Below are positions 8,431 through 16,892 of a DNA stretch of 24,151 nt, piece after piece. Location: positions 1 to 24,151 of IMG/VR virus record IMGVR_UViG_3300020042_001636; one strand, given 5' to 3'. Within the stretch, counting starts at the first letter, position 1, and each line of letters opens with the position of its first letter. A model generated the notes under the pieces. That model was not told the DNA's origin, did not search any database, and worked only from the letters and a program-made list of their open reading frames with translations. A program made the position numbers and the translations under genes. The stretch is from a virus. Its lineage: Duplodnaviria > Caudoviricetes.

Positions 8431-8835
8431 ATGGCTGATGTAGTCACAAGTCAAACGCTTTTCGATAACGAGCGCACGGCTGTTATGAAATTCACGAACA
8501 TCAGCGATGGTACTGGTGAGTCTGCCGTATTGAAGGTTGATGTTTCTGCATTGAATCCAAGCGAATCAGGGTCTGCGTGCGACCGTGTTACGGTAATTAA
8601 AATTTACATTGCCAATCACGGCATGGAAGTCAGAATGTTTTGGGATGCATCAACAGATGTCCCGTTCTTTCTTTCTTCCTCCGGTGCTACGCAGTCGTTA
8701 GACTTCACGGGCTTTGGAGGTATTACAAACAATGGTGGATCTGGCGTTACTGGTGACATTGTGTTTAGCACTGCTGATGCCTCTTCGGGTGACACTTATT
8801 GGTGCATCTTGGAGATGGTAAAAGGGTATGCGTAA
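8431..8835 (+). CDS. Conserved phage protein, probably structural
   Basis: AGGAG SD. 134 aa acidic beta-type protein (MKFTNISDGTGESAVLKVDVSAL ... DFTGFGGI ... TGDIVFST). Confidence 0.75.
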   Translation: MADVVTSQTLFDNERTAVMKFTNISDGTGESAVLKVDVSALNPSESGSACDRVTVIKIYIANHGMEVRMFWDASTDVPFFLSSSGATQSLDFTGFGGITNNGGSGVTGDIVFSTADASSGDTYWCILEMVKGYA

Positions 8836-9143
8836 TGCCGAGCAAGTCACCTTCCCAACATCGTTTGATGTCGGCGGTAGCGCACAACCCTGCGTTCGCC
8901 AAGAAGGTTGGCATTCCTGCTAAGGTAGGAAAAGAGTTTGTCAGTGCTGATAAAAAGGATATGGCTAAAGGTGGCAGCGTAAATGCCGCTGGCAACTACA
9001 CCAAGCCTGATATGCGTAAGCGTATTGTCAGCAGCGTTAAAGCGGCTGCGGTTCAAGGTACTGGTGCGGGAAAATGGAGCGCAAGAAAAGCCCAGCTAGT
9101 AGCCAAGCGTTATAAGGACGCTGGTGGCGGCTACCGTGATTAA
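8835..9143 (+). CDS. Basic two-module protein; C-terminal WSARKAQL module (DUF5872-like, from recall)
   Basis: TAATG coupling gives ATG 8835 (102 aa). An AVAHNPAFAKKVGIP module is joined through MAKGG to a YTKP...WSARKAQLVAKRYKDAGGGY module. Confidence 0.75.
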   Translation: MPSKSPSQHRLMSAVAHNPAFAKKVGIPAKVGKEFVSADKKDMAKGGSVNAAGNYTKPDMRKRIVSSVKAAAVQGTGAGKWSARKAQLVAKRYKDAGGGYRD

Positions 9144-9375
9144 AGACCCACAGCAATCTCTTAAATCGTGGGGGGATCAGCGTTGGCGCACAAAGTCAGG
9201 GAAGCCTTCTTCAAAAACAGGCGAGAGGTATTTGCCTGAAGCGGCTATCAAGTCATTGTCACCGGCAGAATACGCGGCAACTACAAAGGCGAAGCGAGAA
9301 GGTAAAGCGGCTGGGAAGCAGTTTGTAGCGCAACCTAAAGCCATTGCCAAGAAAACAGCTAAATATAGGTTTTGA
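9136..9375 (+). CDS. Small basic protein (WRTKSGKPS...GERYLP...GKQFVAQP)
   Basis: GTG 9136 with GGTGG 8 nt upstream (track start 9124 is in the same frame). 79 aa, Lys-rich. Confidence 0.75.
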   Translation: MIKDPQQSLKSWGDQRWRTKSGKPSSKTGERYLPEAAIKSLSPAEYAATTKAKREGKAAGKQFVAQPKAIAKKTAKYRF

Positions 9376-9377
9376 CC

Positions 9378-9788
9378 ATGACAAAAAATAATACGTCAGT
9401 AGCAAAATCTTTGAAGAAAGCTGGCTTTTATGAGGCAGACAAAAAGAAGCCAGAACGGATAAGCATTATCAACAACGTCACAACCAAGCCTCAGCGTTTG
9501 GAGATGGTTGATAAGTTATTCCTAGCCAAGAAATTGAAAGAGGGTGGCCCTAGCCTAGCTGTAGGACGGGGCGAGAAGCTGTCTGTTGAGCGTGGAGCGG
9601 GGCTTACTCAGAAGGGCCGCGACAAGTATAATCGTGAGACTGGAAGCAACCTCAAGGCACCACAGCCGCAAGGTGGATCTCGCAAGGATTCTTTCTGCGC
9701 CCGGATGTCTGGGGTAGTTAAGCACGCATCTGGTGACGCACCGAGGGCAAAAGCCTCTCTTAGACGTTGGGATTGTCCGGGTTGGTAA
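9378..9788 (+). CDS. Basic two-module protein; C-terminal SFCARM module (DUF6321-like, from recall)
   Basis: ATG 9378 is preferred over TTG 9372. An N-terminal module is joined through LKEGG to GLTQKGR..YNRETGSNLKAP..RKDSFCARM..LRRWDC. Confidence 0.75.
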   Translation: MTKNNTSVAKSLKKAGFYEADKKKPERISIINNVTTKPQRLEMVDKLFLAKKLKEGGPSLAVGRGEKLSVERGAGLTQKGRDKYNRETGSNLKAPQPQGGSRKDSFCARMSGVVKHASGDAPRAKASLRRWDCPGW

Positions 9789-9801
9789 AGGGAATCAATA
9801 A

Positions 9802-10875
9802 ATGTCTACATCTGGGACTGTCGGCCAAACCGTAATCAATGTTCAAACGCTAATTGATCATGGTGCGCGGCGTTGTGGGAAGCTGGCTGAAGAACTAACG
9901 TCTGAGCAGCAACTCTCTGCAAGGGAGAGCCTGTTCTATCTGCTTTCCAACCTTGCCAACCGTGGCATTCAGTATTGGGCAATCACCAAAGTTGTGATTG
10001 GCATGACGGCCAACAAGTACATCTACAGCCTTCCGGTAGGTGCTATTGATGTTCTGAACGCTCTATATAGGACACTGAGTCGCCCTAGCGGTTCATACGC
10101 ATCCTCAGCCGGTGGTGTAGTGGCAAATGTGTATGACAATGATGTTGATACTGTTTGCCAGCAAACGTCTGCAAATGGAAATATTTCCGTTGATTATGGG
10201 ACTGACAATCCAGTCTATGCCGGATCCATAGGCGTTCTGCCCTATGTGGCAAATCAGGGATCTGCGTCTTGGACTTTGACGCTTGAATACTCCACTGATG
10301 GGGCTACTTGGATTACTCTTTACAATATTGGGACTGTTACCGTTACTGATAATCAGTGGCTGTGGTACGACATCGACCCCGGTCAGAGCGTCCAGTATTA
10401 CCGTGTAAGAATTTCTGGTGGATCAACTTTGGCGTTGCGTGAGTTTTACGTTGGCAACAACAGCACAGAAATCACCATGTCCCGTCTAAACAGGGACGAC
10501 TACACCAACCTGCCCAACAAGAACTTTACTGCGAACCAGCCGTTTCAGTTCTGGTTTGATCGGTCGATCCCTCAGCCAACAATGTACCTGTGGCCGGTTC
10601 CTTCGGATGCCTTTGTGCAGATGACGGTCTGGTATTCAGGGCAGATTCAGGACGTAGGTGCGCTGCAGGATGAGTTGCAGATCCCACAGCGGTGGTTTCT
10701 GGCGATTCAATCGATGCTGGCTCACCAGATGAGCATGGAAATGCCGGGGATTGCGGTAGATAGGATCACTTATCTTGAAGGTCAGGCAACGAAATACCTG
10801 TACGATGCGGAACAGGAAGAGCGCGACAAGTCTCCTATCTACTACGCCCCGAATATCAGCGTTTACACACGATAA
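9802..10875 (+). CDS. Putative head-tail adaptor/connector with inserted discoidin (F5/8 type C)-like domain
   Basis: Helical N-terminus (ARRCG...ARESLFYLLSNLANRGIQYW), YTNLPNKN...PFQFWFDR...LWPVP and a helical C-terminus typical of podophage adaptors. The central insert contains LEYSTDGATW and YYRVRI. Confidence 0.65.
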   Translation: MSTSGTVGQTVINVQTLIDHGARRCGKLAEELTSEQQLSARESLFYLLSNLANRGIQYWAITKVVIGMTANKYIYSLPVGAIDVLNALYRTLSRPSGSYASSAGGVVANVYDNDVDTVCQQTSANGNISVDYGTDNPVYAGSIGVLPYVANQGSASWTLTLEYSTDGATWITLYNIGTVTVTDNQWLWYDIDPGQSVQYYRVRISGGSTLALREFYVGNNSTEITMSRLNRDDYTNLPNKNFTANQPFQFWFDRSIPQPTMYLWPVPSDAFVQMTVWYSGQIQDVGALQDELQIPQRWFLAIQSMLAHQMSMEMPGIAVDRITYLEGQATKYLYDAEQEERDKSPIYYAPNISVYTR

Positions 10876-11210
10876 TGCCAAGATTTCTGGACACAAGAGG
10901 CTATTCAACGATTGCGATTGCAATATGTGATCGTTGTCGCATGAAAAGACCTCATGCAGAGATGAGGAGCGACCCTAATTTGCCCGGACTGCAAGTGTGT
11001 GGTCAGGGATGTGCCGATGAAAAGGATCCGTACCGTCTTCCAGCTAGGCCAACGGAGCGCATTACCATCCGATTCCCTCGTCCAGATGTCAGCGTTGCTG
11101 TTGACCCAAACGCTCTAATTACTGGGCCGTATCAAAATTACGAGATATCCCCAGAAAACAATCAAGATACGCCATCGAACAACGGCAATCTTGACAACCT
11201 GAGTCCATGA
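10875..11210 (+). CDS. Hypothetical protein with four Cys (CDRC...CGQGC), possible Zn-binding
   Basis: TAATG coupling to the adaptor gene; CxxC and CxxxC pairs; RFPRPD motif. Confidence 0.7.
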   Translation: MPRFLDTRGYSTIAIAICDRCRMKRPHAEMRSDPNLPGLQVCGQGCADEKDPYRLPARPTERITIRFPRPDVSVAVDPNALITGPYQNYEISPENNQDTPSNNGNLDNLSP

Positions 11211-11211
11211 C

Positions 11212-13938
11212 ATGGCTAATGTAACTATTACGCAACTTCCTGCTGCGGGGGCTATCACTGGCACAGAATTAGTGCCTGTCGTCCAGAATGGGGTGACTGT
11301 CCAGACGACGACTGCCGCTCTTGCTGGGTCGCCGGTTCAGACGCAAACTTTCCTGACTCTGAACCAAGAATCTACACTGACAAATAGCCGCAGGTTGTCT
11401 GGTGGAACGGGCGTAGGGCTTACGGATAGCGGGGCGCAGTCAACCCTACAGGTAACCCTCAACGCAGCCTCTGGAAGCCTAGAGGCGGCTGGAACGGGCA
11501 TTATTGCCAAGACCTCAAGCAACACGGTTGCGGCAAGAACAATGTCTTCATCCACGACTGGATTATCTGTTACCAATGGTGACGGAGTGTCTGGTGCGCC
11601 TGTGTTTGCGCTGACTGGTGTGGCTTTGGCTGTAGCTGGGGCGACAGGGACGGGAGTATTGGCTCTTAACAGTTCCTCAACCATTGCAACACGAACAATA
11701 CTCGGAACAACAAGTCAGATTGACATAACGGATGGAAACTTTGTCAATTCGCCAGTCATTGCAATTTCCAGCGATCCAATCGTTCCCGGCTCAGGCGGTA
11801 TTGTTATTCCTGCTGGGACTACTGGACAGCGCGGAGCAAGCACTAATGGAACTCTTCGTTACAACACCACTTCGGCGTCATTTGAGGGCTATGCTAACGG
11901 CGCATGGGGTTCAATTGTCAGCGGCGCGGGTGTAAGCGCAATCTCTTTTGGCTCAACTGGCCTGACCCCATCTACATCGACTACAGGTGCTGTAACGGTT
12001 GCAGGAACATTGGCGGTAGCCAGCGGAGGCACTGGGGTTACTACAAGCACTGGTACTACAAATGTAGTTCTTTCAGACTCTCCTGTCTTAGTAACTCCAA
12101 ATCTTGGCACTCCAAGTGCTTTGGTGGGAACTAATATAACGGGAACGGCGGCAGGATTGACGGCGGGAACTGTCACAACAAACGCTAACTTGACTGGTGA
12201 TGTGACATCCGTAGGAAACGCTACTACGCTTGCCACAGTTGCTTCGGCAGGTTCTACAGGGTCTAGCACAGCAATTCCTGTAATTACAATCAATGCCAAA
12301 GGACTGACAACCAGTATCACCACGGCGGCAGTCGTTGCGCCAGCAGGAACGCTATCTGGTGGCACACTGGCCTCTGGGGTTACAGCCTCCTCGTTGACCA
12401 GCCTTGGAACGATTGCCAGCCTTGTTGTAACGGCAGGGACGATTTCTACAACCCCTTCGGGTTCAACCGACATTGCCAACAAGTCCTATGTTGATACGGT
12501 GGCGCAGGGTCTGGACACAAAAGCTTCGGTCGTAGCTGCGACAACGGTAAACATCACGCTTTCTGGAACGCAGACGGTTGACGGGATTGCTCTGATTGCC
12601 GCTGACAGGTGCTTGGTCAAGAACCAAACATTGCCGCAAAATAACGGCATCTATGACGTAGCGGCTGGGGCGTGGACTCGTTCTTCGGACATGAACACTT
12701 GGGCGCAAGTACCGGGGGCTTATGTTTTTGTTGAAACAGGAACCACGTTAGCCGATACGGGTTGGGTTTGCACATCCGATGCGGGTGGTACTTTAGGTAC
12801 TACGGCAATCGTTTGGGCGCAATTCTCAGGTGCAGGATCTGGCGTAAGTTCACTCAACTTTGGTACAACTGGACTGACTCCAGCAACGGCTACCACTGGA
12901 GCGGTGACTGTTGCGGGAACTCTTGCCATAGCCAACGGCGGTACTAACGGGACTGCAACGCCGACATCTAACGGCATTGTGTACGGAACCGGAACGACGA
13001 TTGCTTATACGGCGGCTGGAACTACTGGACAGGTATTGCAAGCCAATACGAGTGGGGCACCAACGTGGGGTTCTACCTACGCAGGAACTGTCACTTCGGT
13101 TGGATTCACTGGCGGGATCATTACTGTAGCCACAGCAACTACGACTCCTGCCTTTACGGTTGCGGGTACGTCAGGTGGGATACCTTACTTCACCAGCACA
13201 TCAACTTGGGCAACTTCTACCCTGCTTGTTGCCAGCGCACTTATGGTTGGCGGCGGGGCGGGGTTGGCTCCCTCAACGGTAACGACTGGAACCGGAGTGG
13301 TTACGGCTCTGGGAGTCAATACAGGCACGGCAGGGGCGTTTGTGGTCAATGGTGGGGATTTGGGTACGCCCTCCAGCGGAACGGTCACCAACCTGACTGG
13401 AACGGCTTCAATCAACATAAACGGTACGGTAGGGGCTACAACAGCCAACACCGGAGCGTTCACCACTCTGACGGCTTCGGCAGATTCAACTTTTTCTTCC
13501 ACGGGTGCTTTGCTGATAAGCAAGGGAACTACGGGCCAGCGTCCGACCCCCGCTACTGCGATGCTCCGGTACAACACCACCACTAATGAATTTGAGGGGT
13601 ATGGCGGCGCTTCACCTGCGTGGGCAAGTGTGGGCGGTTCTGCAATCTCAAACGACACGACAACAGCAACCAATCTCTTTCCCGCGTTTCTTAACGCAAC
13701 TACGGGGACGGCTGCAAGTATTTTTACCAGCAACGCCAACTACCTGTACAAGCCATCGACGGGTGAGTTGTCTGCAAAGGTAATGAATGCCAGCAATGGC
13801 TTGGTAGTTAATAGCCAGACGGTAGGAACCAGCTACACGTTGGCTTCTGGCAATTCGGCTATGAGTTCTGGCCCAATTACCCTATCCGGCGGTGTTGTGG
13901 TGACTATCCCAAGCGGTGGACGTTGGGTTATTATTTAG
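11212..13938 (+). CDS. Long tail fibre protein
   Basis: 908 aa, T/G/A/S-rich. N-terminal ITQLPAA..ITGTELVPVVQ, a central ANKSYVD...DRCLVKNQT..NNGIY...WTRSSD domain, repeated modules and a C-terminal GPIT...VTIPSG.RWVI cap. Confidence 0.85.
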   Translation: MANVTITQLPAAGAITGTELVPVVQNGVTVQTTTAALAGSPVQTQTFLTLNQESTLTNSRRLSGGTGVGLTDSGAQSTLQVTLNAASGSLEAAGTGIIAKTSSNTVAARTMSSSTTGLSVTNGDGVSGAPVFALTGVALAVAGATGTGVLALNSSSTIATRTILGTTSQIDITDGNFVNSPVIAISSDPIVPGSGGIVIPAGTTGQRGASTNGTLRYNTTSASFEGYANGAWGSIVSGAGVSAISFGSTGLTPSTSTTGAVTVAGTLAVASGGTGVTTSTGTTNVVLSDSPVLVTPNLGTPSALVGTNITGTAAGLTAGTVTTNANLTGDVTSVGNATTLATVASAGSTGSSTAIPVITINAKGLTTSITTAAVVAPAGTLSGGTLASGVTASSLTSLGTIASLVVTAGTISTTPSGSTDIANKSYVDTVAQGLDTKASVVAATTVNITLSGTQTVDGIALIAADRCLVKNQTLPQNNGIYDVAAGAWTRSSDMNTWAQVPGAYVFVETGTTLADTGWVCTSDAGGTLGTTAIVWAQFSGAGSGVSSLNFGTTGLTPATATTGAVTVAGTLAIANGGTNGTATPTSNGIVYGTGTTIAYTAAGTTGQVLQANTSGAPTWGSTYAGTVTSVGFTGGIITVATATTTPAFTVAGTSGGIPYFTSTSTWATSTLLVASALMVGGGAGLAPSTVTTGTGVVTALGVNTGTAGAFVVNGGDLGTPSSGTVTNLTGTASININGTVGATTANTGAFTTLTASADSTFSSTGALLISKGTTGQRPTPATAMLRYNTTTNEFEGYGGASPAWASVGGSAISNDTTTATNLFPAFLNATTGTAASIFTSNANYLYKPSTGELSAKVMNASNGLVVNSQTVGTSYTLASGNSAMSSGPITLSGGVVVTIPSGGRWVII

Positions 13939-13947
13939 GAATATAAA

Positions 13948-14277
13948 ATGCCACAATCTGGATACACGCCGATAATTTCGTACAACTCGACCACACCGGG
14001 GGCTGTTCCTTCGGCTGGTGATATGACTGTGGGTGAGTTGGCTGTAAACGTTGCTGACAAGATTATTTATGTCAAGAATGCCAGCAGTGCAATAGTTGCA
14101 TTGAGTGGTGGAGCAACTGGTGGTGGTGGAGATCAGGTATTTGTTCAGAACAAGTTGATTGTGACGACAAGTTATACATTTCCTACTGGATTTTCAGCCA
14201 TGAGCGTAGGCCCGATTACGGTGAACAGCGGTGTAGTCGTAACGATCCCAAGCGGTTATCGCTGGGTCATTCTGTGA
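13948..14277 (+). CDS. Short tail-fibre adaptor-like protein
   Basis: N-terminal VPSA...GELAVNVADKIIYVK fibre module and the same C-terminal cap as the long fibre. Confidence 0.7.
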   Translation: MPQSGYTPIISYNSTTPGAVPSAGDMTVGELAVNVADKIIYVKNASSAIVALSGGATGGGGDQVFVQNKLIVTTSYTFPTGFSAMSVGPITVNSGVVVTIPSGYRWVIL

Positions 14278-14284
14278 GGATGCT

Positions 14285-15010
14285 ATGAGTTTAATTCTTG
14301 ACGGTACGCTTGGTATAACCAACCCCGCTGGAAGCACTACGCTGCTGACCGCACCAACTCGGCAGGTATTCCTGTCTGGTACTGCTGCTACCTATACGCG
14401 CCCGACTGGAGTAAGACGGATTGTTGCCAGAGTAAAAGCTGGCGGCGGAGCGGGGGCAGGAACAGCAGATGCGACAAGTAACGGCGGTAACGGAACTGCC
14501 GGAAACGATTCTATTTTTAATAGCGTCACAGCAGTCGGAGGGGCTGGCGGGAGAAGCGGGACGTTAGTCTCCGGGACTGGTGGCGTAGGTGGTAACGGCG
14601 GCACAGGCAGTTCGGGTACGGCCTCTATCAGAATTGGTGGCGGGTCTGGCGCGTATTCAGGCACTCAATATGTCAGTGCCACAAACGCGCAAATGTGGGG
14701 CGGCAACGGTGGTGGTCAAGGAGGGGGGCGTATTCCGCCGTCTACTGCTTCGGGTGGAACTGCTGTCGCTAACTCAGGCGGCGGTGGTAGCGGAGCAAAT
14801 GGCCCTTCTGCTGCGTTCGCGGCTATATACGCTTACGGCGCTGCTGGAGGCGGTGGGGAAGGGGAGTATCTCGAAGTGGTAATTGACTCCCCCGCTGCTA
14901 CTTATACATATACGGTCGGTGGAACTGCCGCCGCTGGCTCCGCAGGGACAAACGGAAACGCTGGCGGCGGTGGCGCTGCGGGCTTCATCATCGTTGACGA
15001 ATACTACTAG
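14285..15010 (+). CDS. Glycine-rich tail fibre tip / receptor-binding candidate
   Basis: GAGGA SD. TYTRPTGVRRIVARVKAGGGAG ... GGGAAGFIIVDEYY glycine-rich domain pattern. Confidence 0.72.
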   Translation: MSLILDGTLGITNPAGSTTLLTAPTRQVFLSGTAATYTRPTGVRRIVARVKAGGGAGAGTADATSNGGNGTAGNDSIFNSVTAVGGAGGRSGTLVSGTGGVGGNGGTGSSGTASIRIGGGSGAYSGTQYVSATNAQMWGGNGGGQGGGRIPPSTASGGTAVANSGGGGSGANGPSAAFAAIYAYGAAGGGGEGEYLEVVIDSPAATYTYTVGGTAAAGSAGTNGNAGGGGAAGFIIVDEYY

Positions 15011-15019
15011 GCGAACAAC

Positions 15020-15622
15020 ATGACAACTCTCATAAATGCCAGCACGACCGCTGGGTTAATCCAGACGGCAGACACAACCGGCAACCTGTCCCTGCAATCC
15101 AATGGTACGACGATCCTTGCCCTGACCAGCGCGGGTGCTGCTGTCACTGGGACGCTGAGTGCTACGGGACTGATCTCACCATCACAGACCGTTGGCATTG
15201 TTGGAACGACAACTAATAACTCTGCTCAGGCAGGGAGTATTGGTGAGTTTATAAGTAGCGTAGTGTCGGGTGTAAGCTCAGGATATACCACTGGAACAAC
15301 GGTGAATGTGACAAGCATATCGTTGACTGCGGGTGATTGGGATGTGTGGGGGTTAGTATTCTTTAACCCAACTGCCTCATCTACAATGGTATCTATTCGT
15401 AATTCAGTCACCACTACAAGTGCAACGCTTGGAGCGGAAGATGCATCTTGCCAAATGAACGGCCCTGTGGGTGACCCAGCAGTAGCAACAACTGTTTTAA
15501 CTCCAACAGTTCGATTTTTGCTTTCAGCCACAACAACTGTCTACCTTGTAGGGGCCACAAGTTTTTCAAGTGCTGGAACCTATGGGGCTAATGGAACTAT
15601 TCGCGCAAGGAGACGGAGATGA
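15020..15622 (+). CDS. Tail fibre tip / receptor-binding candidate
   Basis: N-terminal ADTTGNLSLQSNGTT, then GTTTNNSAQAGSIGE and TSISLTAGDWDVWG leading into a C-terminal beta-sandwich. Confidence 0.7.
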   Translation: MTTLINASTTAGLIQTADTTGNLSLQSNGTTILALTSAGAAVTGTLSATGLISPSQTVGIVGTTTNNSAQAGSIGEFISSVVSGVSSGYTTGTTVNVTSISLTAGDWDVWGLVFFNPTASSTMVSIRNSVTTTSATLGAEDASCQMNGPVGDPAVATTVLTPTVRFLLSATTTVYLVGATSFSSAGTYGANGTIRARRRR

Positions 15623-15786
15623 AATCATTTGCCAGAATTGACGGGAAACTTGTTTCCTACGAAGGTATGAGCCAAGAAACTATTGCCACGATGCTTGCCG
15701 AACAAGGCTTGACACCAGAGTTTATTGACGAGGAAACGTACAACGCTGAATTGAAGATTAAGCAAGCCGCACTGGAAGCAAAATGA
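15619..15786 (+). CDS. Small hypothetical protein (55 aa, MKSFARIDGKLVSYEGMSQE...)
   Basis: Translated by hand. AAGGAG SD and ATGA overlaps at both ends. Confidence 0.72.
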   Translation: MKSFARIDGKLVSYEGMSQETIATMLAEQGLTPEFIDEETYNAELKIKQAALEAK

Positions 15787-15920
15787 TCGAACTGAAACTT
15801 GATCTGAACGAAGTCAACGGCATCCTCACCGCGCTGGGGAATATGCCCTACATCCAAGTCAAAGACCTGATCGCCAAGATTCAGGCGCAAGCACAACCGC
15901 AAGTTGAGAAGAAAGAGTAA
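15783..15920 (+). CDS. Small helical protein (45 aa, MIELKLDLNEVNGILTALGNMPYIQVKDLIAKIQAQA...)
   Basis: Translated by hand. ATGA coupling; amphipathic helix-turn-helix-like pattern; fills the gap before the lysis genes. Confidence 0.75.
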   Translation: MIELKLDLNEVNGILTALGNMPYIQVKDLIAKIQAQAQPQVEKKE

Positions 15921-15922
15921 CA

Positions 15923-16144
15923 ATGGAAACCCAATCGCTGATAAACGTAGGTATTGCACTGATCGGATTTTTCGGCGGTTGGGTGCTGAACAGGATAATG
16001 AAAACGCTGGACAAACTGGATGATGATGTCAAGCAGCTACCGGACAAGTACGTTCGTAAAGACGACTACCACCGCGACATAAGCGACATCAAGATAATGC
16101 TGAAAAGCATATTCGACAAACTGGATGACAAGGCCGACAAATGA
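15923..16144 (+). CDS. Single-TM plus coiled-coil protein, holin/lysis-accessory candidate
   Basis: Hydrophobic LINVGIALIGFFGGWVL followed by a charged coiled coil (YVRKDDY); start of the lysis cassette. Confidence 0.62.
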   Translation: METQSLINVGIALIGFFGGWVLNRIMKTLDKLDDDVKQLPDKYVRKDDYHRDISDIKIMLKSIFDKLDDKADK

Positions 16145-16662
16145 AAAAGCTGCTCCTCATTGCCCTGTTCTGCGGTAACGCTGCCGCTGCCGAACTGATG
16201 ATCTGCAACGGCGAATATGCTCTGTGCGCGGCTTCAGGCTCGACTCCGACAGGCAAGATGATCACCGTCAAGGGCAAGAAATTTGCCGAGGGGATGGCAG
16301 TCTGTCCTGTACTCAAAGGTCGCTCGATTGCCAATGGTGAACTGATGAAGAACTCCTGCGATGCTCCCGCCGGTAAAGTCTGGTCATTGTTCTCTATGGT
16401 TAGCGAAGCCCCACAAGCACCGACATGGGCTGTTGCGCCGCTGGTTCACCGCACCTTTGTCTTGAGCAAGACTGAAAGCATGAGTAATTTGTGGTCATTT
16501 ATTTGCGACAAGCAAGCCAAGCCGGTGAACGGGGTACAACTCGCGTCCTGTTATGGCCCGATCAATGAATCACCAATCACTAACGGTCATATCAAAATGG
16601 GATCGACAATTGTTACCGATGCCCCAATCGGGGTATTGAATCCTGTAGGAGGTAATTTCTGA
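16141..16662 (+). CDS. Exported Cys-rich protein of unknown function
   Basis: Sec-type signal MKKLLLIALFCGNAAAA; six further Cys in the mature region; ATGA-coupled. Confidence 0.72.
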   Translation: MKKLLLIALFCGNAAAAELMICNGEYALCAASGSTPTGKMITVKGKKFAEGMAVCPVLKGRSIANGELMKNSCDAPAGKVWSLFSMVSEAPQAPTWAVAPLVHRTFVLSKTESMSNLWSFICDKQAKPVNGVQLASCYGPINESPITNGHIKMGSTIVTDAPIGVLNPVGGNF

Positions 16663-16892
16663 TGTATTCATTTAAAGATATGTTGCAGAGCAAGTCGATG
16701 TGGTTTAGCGGTGGCGTTACTGCCCTCGGAGTTGTGGGTTGGATCAGTGATAACTCAGGAGTCATTCTTGCAATTGCTCCTCAACTTGGGCCGCTGTTGA
16801 CTTGTATCGGCGCGGTGGGAATCGTCTTGCGGGTGCTGACAGAAAAGTCAACGGCGTGGAAAGCCCCAGTCGAAGATCGTGAAGTTAAGTGA
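16662..16892 (+). CDS. Putative holin (two TM segments)
   Basis: SKSMWFSG followed by two hydrophobic segments and VLRVLT with a charged tail; overlaps the endolysin start. Confidence 0.62.
   Translation: MYSFKDMLQSKSMWFSGGVTALGVVGWISDNSGVILAIAPQLGPLLTCIGAVGIVLRVLTEKSTAWKAPVEDREVK

Noticed and set aside
13795-14277. DGR template/variable repeat pair
   Set aside because: The two caps differ at many non-adenine and synonymous positions, both are coding, and no reverse transcriptase is in the window.
14285-15010. GG-containing strings (e.g. VKAGGG) as further copies of the di-glycine motif
   Set aside because: Expected by chance in a glycine-rich fibre domain, so they were not counted.
15775-15790. 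Tail-assembly-chaperone-type frameshift joining the two small ORFs
   Set aside because: No X_XXY_YYZ heptamer; the ATGA overlap explains the junction, and there is no tape measure to chaperone.
16141-16175. Lipoprotein (o-spanin) call for the Cys-rich protein
   Set aside because: ALFC does not fit the [LVI][ASTVI][GAS]C lipobox, and an AAA signal peptidase I site follows.
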